Below are positions 29,639-40,100 of a stretch of DNA of 64,000 bases, in pieces. The notes under the pieces were generated by a model that was not told the DNA's origin, made no database searches, and saw only the letters and a list, made by a program, of their open reading frames with translations. Within the stretch, counting starts at the first letter, position 1; each line of letters opens with the position of its first letter. The stretch comes from Gammaproteobacteria bacterium (lineage in GTDB: Bacteria; Pseudomonadota; Gammaproteobacteria; Ga0077536). The DNA lies in NCBI GenBank assembly GCA_963662545.2, contig CAXXLL010000002.1:256001-320000 (forward strand), given 5' to 3'. Made by a program: the position numbers and the translations under genes.

Positions 29639-29784
29639 CAGTTATTCCCAAGCCCCGTTGCTGGCCACATGGTAGTTCCCAAGCTTGAAATAATCGAGTC
29701 CGCAGCCCTCACAGGCATACTGCGTTCACCTGCCGGGGTTCCGTATACTGTGGCTTGACTGGTCGAAGATCGGGGAGGGCGGAC

Positions 29785-32700
29785 TTGTCGTTTGACGAAC
29801 TCTTGGATGCGGTACGCCAATTGATGGAGCGTGACGGCCGCGTGGCTTATCGTGTGCTCAAGCGCCGCTTTGAACTCGACGACGAGGACATCGAGGACAT
29901 CAAGGCCGATCTGGTCGACGCGAAACGCCTGGCCAAGGACGAAGACGGCAGGGTACTGGTGTGGATTGGCGACGCCGGCGGGGGATCGGATCCGGCACCC
30001 TCGAGCCGGCCCGAAAACACGCACGCCGTTGCCGACCATGCGGATCGGCGCCTGATCACGGTGATGTTTTGCGACATCGTCGGCTCGACGGAATTATCGG
30101 GTCGTTTCGACGCCGAGGAACTCAGGGATCTGGTGCGCGAATATCAGGGCGTCTGCGCGGAAGTCATCGCGCGTTGCGATGGGCACATCGCGCAGTATCT
30201 GGGTGATGGGCTGCTGGTTTATTTCGGCTACCCGGTGGCGCAGGAAGACGAAGCCGGCCGCAGCATTCAGGCGGCCCTTGAAATCCTCGATGCGCTGAGC
30301 AAAGCCGAACCGTTACAGGCTCGACTCGGAGAACCCCTGCGGGTGCGGATCGGTATACACACCGGGCCGGTCGTCATCGGCGAAATGGGCGGGGCCGATC
30401 GTCACGAGCGGCTCGCGCTCGGTGAGACGTCGAATATCGCCGCACGGGTGCAGGGGTCGGCGAGACCCAACGAAATATTGATCACCGCGGCCACCCACCG
30501 CCTGGTGGACGGACTCTATGAATGTGAATTGCACGGTCCGCACATCCTTAAAGGCGTCGCGCAACCCATCGACCTCTACACGGTAAAAGGGGAAGCCGCC
30601 CCCTTGAATCGTTTCGAAGTGGCGCTCAGTACCGGAGCCTTGTCGGAATTCGTCGGCCGTCAACAGGAACTGCAACTGCTCGCCCGGCACTGGGCCGAGG
30701 CACGCGAGGGGCGCGGCCACGTCGTGCTCTTGAGCGGCGAAGCCGGCATGGGCAAATCGAGACTGGTGCAGGAGTTCAAAAAAGAGGTCGGCGACGACGC
30801 ACGGCAGATCACGCTCAGATGTTCGCCGAATCACCAGAACAGCGCCTACTACCCCATTGTTCAGCTGCTCCGGCGGGTTTTCGGTATCGAAAACGATGAT
30901 TCTGAAGCGATGCGTATACAGAAGATGGAGTCGGCGCTGGAACCCTATGCATTCACGAAACCGGAAACAGCGCCTCTGTTCGCATCGCTTCTTTCACTCG
31001 ATCATCCCGACCAGGGCCAGCTCGTCCCGCTTGATCCGCAGGCTCGCAAGACCCTGATGTTTGAAGCCTTGATCGATTGGTTTCTCGAAGAAGCGACGGC
31101 CCGGCCTGCCTACGTGATTTGGGATGACGTGCATTGGATGGATCCCGCAAGCGCCGAGCTGCTGGACCTGTATCTGGATCACATACCCGCTTCGCGGACG
31201 CTTGCGTTGGTGATTTACCGATCGGATTTCGTGCTGCCTTGGAATCAACGCACATTTTTCGAACACCTCTCCATCGGGCGACTCCCGGAAACTGAGGTCG
31301 AGGCAATCATTATGAACGTGGCCGAACGGGAAACGATTCCCGCGGAGCTTCTACGGCATATCAAGGACAAGACGGACGGCATTCCGCTCTACGTCGAAGA
31401 ACTCACCAAGACCATTGTCGAAGCGGATTTGCTGGAGCAAGCCGACAAAGGCGGGATTACCGAACCGTTGCAGGACATCGCGATCCCCGCGACTCTGCAC
31501 GACTCACTCGAAGCCCGCATCGATCGATGCCCGAGCGGTAAGCATATCGCGCAATGGGGCGCGGTGATCGGGCGAGAATTCGGCTACGAACTGCTGACTC
31601 ACCTCGTCGACGACCGCGCCGTGTTGTCGCGGGGCCTGGACGAATTACTCGATGCCGAATTGTTATATCGCAGCGGTACGCGTGCGGATCCCAGCTATAT
31701 ATTCAAGCATGCGCTCATCAGGGACACCGCCTACGAATCGCTGCTCAATAAACACCGGCGTGCCCGCCACGCGGAAATCGCCGAAGTGCTCGAACAGCAC
31801 TATCCGGAAACCGTGCAGCGCGAACCGGAGCTGGTCGCTTATCACTTCGCCGAAGCCGGCATTCACGAGCGCGCGGTCGAACATCTCTACGCGGCGGGAC
31901 AGCGGGCGGTGGAGCGTTCGGCCGCCCCGGTGGCTCAGGGGCACTTGCACAAAGCCTTGAAGATCGTCGCGTCCTTGCCCGATACGGTTGATCGCGCTCG
32001 GCTGGAGTTGAAAATCCTCTTGTTACTCGGCCCGCTGGTCAGCGCATCCCAGGGGAATTCATCTCCGGAGGTCGAAACCGTTTACAAGCGCGCCCTGAAG
32101 CTGTGCCGGCAGGCGCAAGACAGTACGTCGCGTTTCCCTGCTTATTTCGGACTGCGTGCCTATTATCTTGCCAAATCCGATCTCAAGTCCGCGCACGAGA
32201 TCGGACAGGCATTGTATAAGGCCGCCAAGTCCAGCGGTCGGGCGGAGTATCTGCTGGAAGCCAATGTAGCGCTGATCAGTTCACATTTCTTTCGTGGCGA
32301 CATCGCGGCCGCGGAGCGTCATATCTCGGAGGGATTGAAACTGTATGATCGTTCCGCGCACAGCAAGCATGCCTTCATCTACGGCGTCGAACCGGGCAGC
32401 ATCTGCCTGGTCCGGGGTGCTCAGAACGCCTGGTTGCGCGGCTATCCCGACCAAGCGCTGGGGACGATGCAACAGGCCTTGGATCTCGCTGACGATATCG
32501 GTCATTCGGTCAGTCGCGCGTTCGTCTACGGCAATGCCTGCAACCTTCACGGCTGGCTTGGCCAGCACGAACAGGCGGAAACGTATGCCAGCATGGCGAT
32601 CGACATCGCCGATGAATTCGGCATCGCGTTTGCGCACGGATGGAGCCTCATCCAGCGTGGCCATGCGCGCGTTTGCCTCGCGCGGCACGACGCCGGCTTA

Positions 32701-33171
32701 GAGGATATCGAAGGCGGCATGGCCATCATCGAAAAATCGACTTCGGCCGAAGCCGTGCGTTCACAATTGATGTATTCGTGGTTCATGACTTTGACGGCCG
32801 ACGCCTATGGTCGAACCGGCGATCCTGAAAAGGGGCTCGCACTGTTACCGGAGGCCATCGCCTTGATCGAGAAGACCGGCGCCCGCTACCCCGAGCCCGT
32901 GCTCTATCGTGTCCGCGGTGAGTTGCTGCATCGTTTGAAACTTCACTCCGAAGCCGGCAAATCCATCCTCAAATCGCTGGAGATTGCGCAAACACGCGGC
33001 GCTAAAAGTTTTGAACTGCAAGCCGCCATCAGCCTCGCGAAATTATGGAGAGAACAAGGTCGGGGTCAGGAGGCACGCGAGACTTTGAGTGGCGTTCTGA
33101 GTGCGTTTACCGAGGGCTTCGAATCCTACGATTTGTGTGCGGCCAGGAGTCTGCTCGAAGAACTGAATTAG
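29785..33171 (+). CDS. Class III nucleotidyl cyclase - AAA/STAND ATPase - TPR protein
   Basis: MFCDIVGST, YLGDG, GIHTG, NIAAR; Walker A GEAGMGKS; helical C-terminus; GGGGAGG RBS before TTG 29785. Confidence 0.9.
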   Translation: MSFDELLDAVRQLMERDGRVAYRVLKRRFELDDEDIEDIKADLVDAKRLAKDEDGRVLVWIGDAGGGSDPAPSSRPENTHAVADHADRRLITVMFCDIVGSTELSGRFDAEELRDLVREYQGVCAEVIARCDGHIAQYLGDGLLVYFGYPVAQEDEAGRSIQAALEILDALSKAEPLQARLGEPLRVRIGIHTGPVVIGEMGGADRHERLALGETSNIAARVQGSARPNEILITAATHRLVDGLYECELHGPHILKGVAQPIDLYTVKGEAAPLNRFEVALSTGALSEFVGRQQELQLLARHWAEAREGRGHVVLLSGEAGMGKSRLVQEFKKEVGDDARQITLRCSPNHQNSAYYPIVQLLRRVFGIENDDSEAMRIQKMESALEPYAFTKPETAPLFASLLSLDHPDQGQLVPLDPQARKTLMFEALIDWFLEEATARPAYVIWDDVHWMDPASAELLDLYLDHIPASRTLALVIYRSDFVLPWNQRTFFEHLSIGRLPETEVEAIIMNVAERETIPAELLRHIKDKTDGIPLYVEELTKTIVEADLLEQADKGGITEPLQDIAIPATLHDSLEARIDRCPSGKHIAQWGAVIGREFGYELLTHLVDDRAVLSRGLDELLDAELLYRSGTRADPSYIFKHALIRDTAYESLLNKHRRARHAEIAEVLEQHYPETVQREPELVAYHFAEAGIHERAVEHLYAAGQRAVERSAAPVAQGHLHKALKIVASLPDTVDRARLELKILLLLGPLVSASQGNSSPEVETVYKRALKLCRQAQDSTSRFPAYFGLRAYYLAKSDLKSAHEIGQALYKAAKSSGRAEYLLEANVALISSHFFRGDIAAAERHISEGLKLYDRSAHSKHAFIYGVEPGSICLVRGAQNAWLRGYPDQALGTMQQALDLADDIGHSVSRAFVYGNACNLHGWLGQHEQAETYASMAIDIADEFGIAFAHGWSLIQRGHARVCLARHDAGLEDIEGGMAIIEKSTSAEAVRSQLMYSWFMTLTADAYGRTGDPEKGLALLPEAIALIEKTGARYPEPVLYRVRGELLHRLKLHSEAGKSILKSLEIAQTRGAKSFELQAAISLAKLWREQGRGQEARETLSGVLSAFTEGFESYDLCAARSLLEELN

Positions 33172-33674
33172 TCGACCTCGTGCCCGCCGACCCACGCTCT
33201 GGCGGGCGGCGAGAACGTCTCCAATTCGCAATCGATGAATTCACGATAGCGCTTACCAAAGGCGATTTTATTGCGCGACCACCAGTCACGGCCGACTTTT
33301 CCACTAATTTGGGTCAGCATGGTCTGGCGGAAGCCTTCCCACATGTCCTCCTCGAGGAAACCACGCATGTATTGATAGTAGTAATTTTCGAAATTGCGAA
33401 AGGCTGCCCGCAATATCAGGTCGATTTGTAAATGCTGTTTGCGGGTAAGGCCCTCGCCGTCGCCGAGGGCTGCGGCAATCAGAGTGGCCATTTCTGGATT
33501 CTCCCCCATTCGGAAAGCTAAATCCGCGGACGTACTCGAAATCGATTGAAAGGTTTGCGCCGCGACCATTTTCGAGTTCTGCCTGATCTGCACGGCGAGA
33601 TAGATCAGTGAGGCGATGACGCCGATGCCACTGGCGACCTCGGCTATGAATGCCCATTGTTCGAGTGCGAGCAC
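33168..33674 (-). CDS. Hypothetical membrane-anchored helical protein
   Basis: AGGAGG RBS; GVIASLIYLAVQIRQN N-terminal TM; FENYYYQY motif. Confidence 0.75.
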   Translation of the reverse strand: MLALEQWAFIAEVASGIGVIASLIYLAVQIRQNSKMVAAQTFQSISSTSADLAFRMGENPEMATLIAAALGDGEGLTRKQHLQIDLILRAAFRNFENYYYQYMRGFLEEDMWEGFRQTMLTQISGKVGRDWWSRNKIAFGKRYREFIDCELETFSPPARAWVGGHEVD

Positions 33675-33707
33675 GGTTTCCTCCTGTAGAATTCATCGGA
33701 AGAATGT

Positions 33708-34946
33708 ATGCCCCATGCGCAGCCGATGAAAGCGAGAAAAATGCATCCGGAAGCAGTCGAGCGTTTCGATCCGCGTGATCTACGCGACGCATTCTACGAC
33801 GATCCCTACCCGACTTACCGCGCGCTGCGAGAACACGATCCGGTGCATCGCTGTCCCGACGGCACTTGGTTTCTGACCCGCCACGCCGACATCAATCAAA
33901 TCTATCGTCATCCCAAGCTGTTCAGTTCCGACAAGCAGGAACAGTTCCGGCCGCTATTCGGCGACAGCCCGCTGTTCGCACACCACACCACGAGTCTCGT
34001 GTTCAACGATCCGCCGTTGCATACGAATGTGCGCAAAGCCATCGGCGACGCACTGTCGCCCAAGATGGTGGCGGCCATGGAGCCGAGTCTGATCGCGTTG
34101 GTCGATCGCCTCCTCGAGCCCATTGACGACCGCAAGAAATGTGATCTAATGGCCGATTTCGCCTCCGCGATTCCGATCGAGGTCATCGGTAATCTGCTTG
34201 ACATAGCCCGTGCCGATCGTGGGCCATTGCAACGCTGGTCGAATGCCATCTTGGGCGCGCTCGAATTCGGCTCCGACCAACAGGTGCTGGACGACGGTAA
34301 CGCCGCGGTGATCGAATTCGTCGACTTTCTCAAGGACTTGATCGCCGAACGCCGCCGACATGCGGGCGGGGACGACATCGTGAGCCGCCTCATCCGTTGG
34401 GAATCACCCGCATTCAAGCTGTCGGAATTTCAGATCTATCACCAGTGCATTTTTCTTTTGAATGCCGGGCATGAAACCACGACAAACTTGATCGGCAACG
34501 GCGTGCTGGCGCTCCTCAACCATCCGGTCGAACTCGAACGATTGCGACGGGCACCGGCTTTGATCGACGGTGCGGTCGAGGAATTCCTGCGTTTTGAAAG
34601 CCCGGTTCAACTCGGCAACCGCACGGTCACGGAGTCCACGGAGATCGGCGAGGTAGCGCTGGCCGCGGGGTCGATCCTGACGCTCTGCATCGGCGCCGCC
34701 AACCGCGATCCTGATGCGTTCGACGATCCCGATCGCCTCGACATCACACGGCAGCCGAATGCGCACAATGCCTTCGGCGGCGGTATTCATACCTGTGCGG
34801 GGCTCGCCGTCGCGCGCCTGGAAGCTAAGATCGGCGTCACTCGATTGCTGGCGCGCTTTCCGGTGATCGAACTCGCTGGAGCGGCGGTGCCGGCCCGGCG
34901 CGCGCGTTTCAGAGGGCTTAAGTCGCTGCCGCTTACCTGCCGTTGA
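33708..34946 (+). CDS. Cytochrome P450
   Basis: DPPLH, AGHETT, EEFLR, FGGGIHTCAG. Confidence 0.95.
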   Translation: MPHAQPMKARKMHPEAVERFDPRDLRDAFYDDPYPTYRALREHDPVHRCPDGTWFLTRHADINQIYRHPKLFSSDKQEQFRPLFGDSPLFAHHTTSLVFNDPPLHTNVRKAIGDALSPKMVAAMEPSLIALVDRLLEPIDDRKKCDLMADFASAIPIEVIGNLLDIARADRGPLQRWSNAILGALEFGSDQQVLDDGNAAVIEFVDFLKDLIAERRRHAGGDDIVSRLIRWESPAFKLSEFQIYHQCIFLLNAGHETTTNLIGNGVLALLNHPVELERLRRAPALIDGAVEEFLRFESPVQLGNRTVTESTEIGEVALAAGSILTLCIGAANRDPDAFDDPDRLDITRQPNAHNAFGGGIHTCAGLAVARLEAKIGVTRLLARFPVIELAGAAVPARRARFRGLKSLPLTCR

Positions 34947-34971
34947 AGCCTGGATGCAGATAACAGGCCCG

Positions 34972-36282
34972 TTACCCGGAAGCGCTTGGGTCGAAGTGTC
35001 GCTCGAGGCCGCCCCAGGTGTTTTCGCGGTAATCCTGCTGCAGGTAGGACGACTCGAGTGCCCAAGTTGTCACCTTGAGTACGTAGCGTGTCTCGAACAT
35101 GATGGACAGTGAATTTTCTACCTTGATCGGTTCGAGTTGCGCACCGGTTCCGCCCTCGTAGACCTTCAAGTCCGGACCATGCGGCACCATCGAGTTGTGC
35201 AGGCCGATCCCGCCGGGCGCGAAACCTTCTTTCCTCGCTTCGTACTGGCCGTAGATCAGTCCCATGAATTCGCTCATCACGTTGCGGTGATACCAGGGCG
35301 GGCGGAAGGTGTTTTCGGCAACGACCCAGCGCGACGGAAAGATGACCAGGTCGATGTTGGCGACGCCCGGGGTGTTGGAAGGTGATGTCAGGACCGTGAA
35401 GATCGACGGATCCGCGTGGTCGAAGCTGACCGTGTTCATGGTGTTGAAACGGTTGAGGTCGTATTTGTACGGCACGGCGTCGCCGATCCAGGCGACGACA
35501 TCCAGCGGGCAATGGCCCATGACGCAGCGATAGAGCGCGCCTTGGAATTTGCACACCAGTTCGCACTCGCCATCGTCATCGACGAAATGCGCCACGGGGC
35601 AAAAGAAATCGCGGTCATTGGCGAAGCCGTCGGATCCCACTGGACCCCGTTCAGGCAGTCGCAGGAAAGCGCCGTAATTTTCGCAGACGTAGCCCCGGGC
35701 GGTGGCGTCGATGAGATCGATCTTGAATTTCATGCCGCGCGGTATGACGACGATCTCGCCCGGCGCGACTTCGAGAATTCCGCATTCCGTGTAAACCTGG
35801 AGTGCACCGGCCTGGGGGACAATGAGCATTTCACCGTCGGCATTGACGAAATACCGGTGGTCCATGCTGCGGGTCGCGGTATAGATGTGCGCACCCATGC
35901 CCGTCTGCTCGCTCACCCTGCCGTTCGCCGCGATCGTGACCAGGCCGTCGACGAAATCATGATCGCGCGAGGGGATCTCCGGCGGATCCCAGCGCAGGGG
36001 CTTGGGCGGCGTCGGCGCGCCCGTGATCGGTCCGGATTTCAGCAGGCCCGCGTCCATTGGGACGAACTCACCCTGTTTCACGGATGGCCTTATGCGATAA
36101 AACCAGGTGCGGCGATTCTCCGCGCGCGGCGCCGTGAACGCGCTGCTACTGAATTTTTCGGTGTAGAGACCGAACGGCACGCGTTGCGGTGAAAACTGCC
36201 CCTGCGGCAACGCGCCGGCGAGCGCTTCGCTCTCGAACTCGTTGCCGAATCCGGACAGGTAGTTGAGTACGCTCATTTGCAT
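34972..36282 (-). CDS. hmgA: Homogentisate 1,2-dioxygenase
   Basis: YLSGFGNEFESEA, DHADPSIFTVLT, FRPPWYHRNVMSEFMG, PHGPD. Confidence 0.95.
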   Translation of the reverse strand: MQMSVLNYLSGFGNEFESEALAGALPQGQFSPQRVPFGLYTEKFSSSAFTAPRAENRRTWFYRIRPSVKQGEFVPMDAGLLKSGPITGAPTPPKPLRWDPPEIPSRDHDFVDGLVTIAANGRVSEQTGMGAHIYTATRSMDHRYFVNADGEMLIVPQAGALQVYTECGILEVAPGEIVVIPRGMKFKIDLIDATARGYVCENYGAFLRLPERGPVGSDGFANDRDFFCPVAHFVDDDGECELVCKFQGALYRCVMGHCPLDVVAWIGDAVPYKYDLNRFNTMNTVSFDHADPSIFTVLTSPSNTPGVANIDLVIFPSRWVVAENTFRPPWYHRNVMSEFMGLIYGQYEARKEGFAPGGIGLHNSMVPHGPDLKVYEGGTGAQLEPIKVENSLSIMFETRYVLKVTTWALESSYLQQDYRENTWGGLERHFDPSASG

Positions 36283-36498
36283 TTGGCTCCATCGTTTCGA
36301 CGGCGCCGTGCCCGCGGTGCCGGCGTCCATTATATGAGCGGAACCGGCATGGCGCTGCTCGAACTGCTTAGCCAGAGCTTGTGCAGGCAGTTAAGATAGA
36401 GTGAACGCAATGCATATTCCGACCGACAGCGCCGGCATCGCCATGCGGCGGCATCTCAAAGCCCTGTCCGATCGGGAGCAGATTGCCGGCTGACCGCG

Positions 36499-37689
36499 AT
36501 GGACATGACATCGAAGACCTTCACCGCCGACCGGGCGAAGAACCGCGAGGTGCTGCTCGGCGGCGTCGAGCGGATCCGGGAGGTGCTCGCGGCACAGTGC
36601 GAGGAAGAGGAAGCGGCGGCCACACTGTCTGCCAAGACCGTACAGGCGCTGGTGAAAACCGGTATTTTCGCCATGAAGCTGCCGTCCGTGCTCGGCGGCG
36701 CGGAAGCGGATCCGGTCACGCAGTTCGAGGTGATCGAAGCCGTCGCCGCGGTTAACGCGTCCGCCGGCTGGTGCACCATGGTGGGCGCCACCAGTGTCGG
36801 ACTGCCGGGCGCTTTTCTGCCCGACGAGGGCATCGAGCAGATGTTCGCGGACAAGCGTGTTCCACGCGGCGCCATCTGCATCATGCCCGCGGGGCAGGGG
36901 CAGCCCGCCGCAGGCGGTTATCAGGTCAGCGGTCGGTGGTCGTTTGCGAGCGGGATCCGCCACTCGGAATGGATCACGGCCTGCGCGCGGGTCACGCGCG
37001 AACCGGACGCGCCGCCGGAACTGCGTATGATGGTCTTTCCGACCGGTGCTGCCGAGATACACGATAATTGGCAGGTTGCGGGACTCAAGGGTACCGGGTC
37101 CTGTGATCTCTCAATCGAAGACCATTTCGTGCCGGATGCACTGTCCTGGAATCTCCTCGAGGGAGAACCGTGCCGCGGCGGTGCCCTCTACGCCCTCGGA
37201 CTACCGGCCTTCGTCGCCAATGAACACGCCGCCTTCGCTTGCGGCGTCGGCCGTTGCGCGCTCGATACGCTGATCGAATTGGCGGCGAAGAAGAAACGCG
37301 GCTATGACCCGAAGGCATCGAGTCTTGCGCGGCGGTCTTCGGTTCAGCGCATGATCGGCGCGAGCGAGTTGCGCCTCCGCGCGGCACGCGCGCTCGCGAT
37401 TGATTTAAACGAGCAGGCCTGGCGTGTGGTCTGTGGTGGAAAGGCCGTACCGCCGCGGTTGCACTCGGAACTCAGGAGCGCCGCCACCTATTGCACCGAG
37501 GTCGCGGCCGAGGTCACGACGCAGGCATTCAGGTACGCGGGCGGCGGTGCCATTTATCATGGCAACATCCTGCAGCGCTGTCTGCGAGATATCAACGTCG
37601 CCGCGCAGCACCTGCTGGTGAGCGAAGTGTCCTATGAGAACCTCGGGCAATTCGCGCTCGGTTTCCCCGATGCGAATCCCATGGGCTGA
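36499..37689 (+). CDS. Acyl-CoA-dehydrogenase-fold flavin-dependent monooxygenase
   Basis: SGRWSFASG, WQVAGLKGTGS, LQRCLRD..AQH. Confidence 0.85.
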   Translation: MDMTSKTFTADRAKNREVLLGGVERIREVLAAQCEEEEAAATLSAKTVQALVKTGIFAMKLPSVLGGAEADPVTQFEVIEAVAAVNASAGWCTMVGATSVGLPGAFLPDEGIEQMFADKRVPRGAICIMPAGQGQPAAGGYQVSGRWSFASGIRHSEWITACARVTREPDAPPELRMMVFPTGAAEIHDNWQVAGLKGTGSCDLSIEDHFVPDALSWNLLEGEPCRGGALYALGLPAFVANEHAAFACGVGRCALDTLIELAAKKKRGYDPKASSLARRSSVQRMIGASELRLRAARALAIDLNEQAWRVVCGGKAVPPRLHSELRSAATYCTEVAAEVTTQAFRYAGGGAIYHGNILQRCLRDINVAAQHLLVSEVSYENLGQFALGFPDANPMG

Positions 37690-37712
37690 CCGCAAGCAGC
37701 AGTACGACCACG

Positions 37713-38741
37713 ATGGACATCGGCCTCATCTTCACCGGCGCGGATATGACGATGGCCGAGCTAACGGCAATCGGGCGGCGCGCGGAGCAGAGCGGCGTGG
37801 CGTCACTTTACCTGGCCGAAGCGTGGCGCAGCGGCTGGGTGCCGTTGACCGCGCTTGCCGCCGCCACGGGCCGCGTGCGGCTCGGGCCTTACGTACTGAA
37901 TGCCTACGGCCGCAGTCCCCTGCTCGCCGGCATGTCGGCGATCGACTTCAATGATTTCAGTAAGCAGCGCCTGGTGCTCGGGGTCGGTGGCGGTAACCGC
38001 ACCATCAATGAACAATGGCAGGGAATTCCGCACGCACGCGTGTTGACCAAGATGGCCGAGTACGTGACCTTGATGCAGCGCATGGCGCGCACGCGGCTCG
38101 GCGAAACCTTGGATTTCGAGGGCAAGATTCACCGCATGCACTGGTCGCCTGGTGTCGATCCGGGAGACCGGCCGTTCCCGGTCTATCTCGCCGCGGTCTT
38201 TCCGCGCATGCTGAAAGTCGCAGGCCGGGTTGCCGACGGTATCGCCTGCGGCGCGACCTTATCGGTTGACTATCTGCGGGACGTCGTTCGACCGCAAGTC
38301 ATCGATGCGGCGACCACGGCCGGGCGGGATCCCAGTGCAATCGCTTGGACCGCCGTCCATTTCATCGCCGTCGACGAAGATCGGGCGCGTGCGCGGCGGG
38401 CGGCACGCGAAGCGATCTGCCACCTGTATGCACCACTGCCGCATCCCTATTACGAGTACACGATGCGGGAGCAGGGATTCGGCGCCGCCGCCGATGCGGC
38501 GCTCACCCACATGCCCGCCGGTCATCTCGAGGCGGCCGTCGCCGCCATTCCGGACGAATGCATCGACCGCCTGGTGATCGCGGGTACGCCGGAGGACTGC
38601 CGGGCGAGATTAGCGGCCTACGAAGGCGTAGTCGACGAAATCGTGTTGTTGAACGCGCTACCCGCCGGCGACGATGGGGTGGAAGAATCGTATGGCTCGT
38701 TGATGCAGTTAGTCGAGTCTCACAGGGACCAAGCGACGTGA
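37713..38741 (+). CDS. LLM-class flavin-dependent oxidoreductase
   Basis: ALAAATGRVRLG, AGRVADG, IAGTPEDC. Confidence 0.88.
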   Translation: MDIGLIFTGADMTMAELTAIGRRAEQSGVASLYLAEAWRSGWVPLTALAAATGRVRLGPYVLNAYGRSPLLAGMSAIDFNDFSKQRLVLGVGGGNRTINEQWQGIPHARVLTKMAEYVTLMQRMARTRLGETLDFEGKIHRMHWSPGVDPGDRPFPVYLAAVFPRMLKVAGRVADGIACGATLSVDYLRDVVRPQVIDAATTAGRDPSAIAWTAVHFIAVDEDRARARRAAREAICHLYAPLPHPYYEYTMREQGFGAAADAALTHMPAGHLEAAVAAIPDECIDRLVIAGTPEDCRARLAAYEGVVDEIVLLNALPAGDDGVEESYGSLMQLVESHRDQAT

Positions 38742-38750
38742 AGGCGGCGA

Positions 38751-40100
38751 TCAGCGATAGGCTTGTGCGGGTAGCCACGTCACCACTTGCTGCCAGTTGA
38801 AGATGATGACCAGTCCCAGTAGCTGCAGGGCCACGAACGGCGCGACGCCCCGGTAAATCGTAAGGACGTCGATGTCGTCGGGCGCGACTCCTTTCAAATA
38901 GAAAATCGCGAAGCCCACGGGCGGTGTCAGAAAGCTCGTCTGTAGGCACACCGCGAACATCACGGTAAACCAGACCGGATCGAAACCGAGGTTTACCACC
39001 ACCGGTGACACCAGCGGCAAAATGATGAGCGTGATCTCGATCCAGTCCAGGAAGAAACCCAGGATAAAGGTCGCCAGGAGAATACAGATCACGATGCCGC
39101 TGGGATCGAACGGCAGGTTGAGCAGAATGCGCTCGATCAACACGTCTCCGCCAAGCCCGCGCAACACCAGCGAGAACGCCGTTGCACCGATCAGCACCGC
39201 GAAGATGAAGCCCGTGGTGCGGGTCGTTTCGATTAGAACTTCTTGCAGAACACCCATGCTGATCCGCCGCTTCAGGCAGGCGAGCAGCAAGGCGCCCGCG
39301 GCGCCCACGCCCGCCGCTTCGGTCGGTGTCGCGATACCGAAAAAAATGCTGCCGAGGACGGCGAGGATCAGGAAGGCCGGGGGCAGGATCGCCAAGAAGA
39401 GCGCGCGAATTGCGTCCCAGTCCATGGCCTCGCCCCGTGCGGCCGGGGCGCCGTCCGGGCGCAGCAAGCCATAGCCGAGGATGTAGAGCACATAAAGCCC
39501 GCCCAGCAGCATCCCCGGAAAAACCGCGCCCATGAAGAGGTCGCCGACACTCATCGACAGCCGGTCCGCCATCAGCACCAGCATGATGCTCGGCGGTATG
39601 AGGATCCCGAGCGTACCCACTGCGCAGACCGTACCCGCGGCCAGCCGGCGATCGTAACCCTCATTCAGCATGACGGGCAGGCCGATCAAGGCGAGGAGCA
39701 CCACCGAGGCGCCGATGATACCGGTCGTGGCAGCGAGCAACAGGCCGATCGCGGTGACGGTAATGGCGAGGCCGCCGCGAATGCGGCCGAACAACCGCGC
39801 GAAGCTCGTCATGAGCTGGTACGCAATACCCGAGCGGTCGAGCAGAAAGCCCATGAAGATGAACATGGGCAGGGCCACCAACACCCAACTCTCCATCACG
39901 TACCAGATGCGATCGACGGTCAAGGACGTGTAATCCCAGTCGACGTTGATCGGAACCGCGAAATCGACGTTCATGATGATCGCGAACGCGGTGAACATCA
40001 CGGCCAGGCCGCCGAGGATCCAGGCGACCGGAAACCCGGTGAACACGAGCGCGATGAAGCTCGCGAACATCAACATGGCCATGAGTTCATTCAGCGCCAC
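38751..40100 (-). CDS. TRAP large permease DctM
   Basis: GTLGILIPPS, ATPTEAAGVG, QTSFLTPPVG. Confidence 0.92.
   Translation of the reverse strand: MALNELMAMLMFASFIALVFTGFPVAWILGGLAVMFTAFAIIMNVDFAVPINVDWDYTSLTVDRIWYVMESWVLVALPMFIFMGFLLDRSGIAYQLMTSFARLFGRIRGGLAITVTAIGLLLAATTGIIGASVVLLALIGLPVMLNEGYDRRLAAGTVCAVGTLGILIPPSIMLVLMADRLSMSVGDLFMGAVFPGMLLGGLYVLYILGYGLLRPDGAPAARGEAMDWDAIRALFLAILPPAFLILAVLGSIFFGIATPTEAAGVGAAGALLLACLKRRISMGVLQEVLIETTRTTGFIFAVLIGATAFSLVLRGLGGDVLIERILLNLPFDPSGIVICILLATFILGFFLDWIEITLIILPLVSPVVVNLGFDPVWFTVMFAVCLQTSFLTPPVGFAIFYLKGVAPDDIDVLTIYRGVAPFVALQLLGLVIIFNWQQVVTWLPAQAYR

Noticed and set aside
26882-33171. Pycsar/CBASS-type anti-phage system (cyclase plus CNB-membrane effector)
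   Set aside because: Genes are divergent rather than operonic, the effector is a full RND transporter, and there is no defence-island context; kept only as a signalling hypothesis
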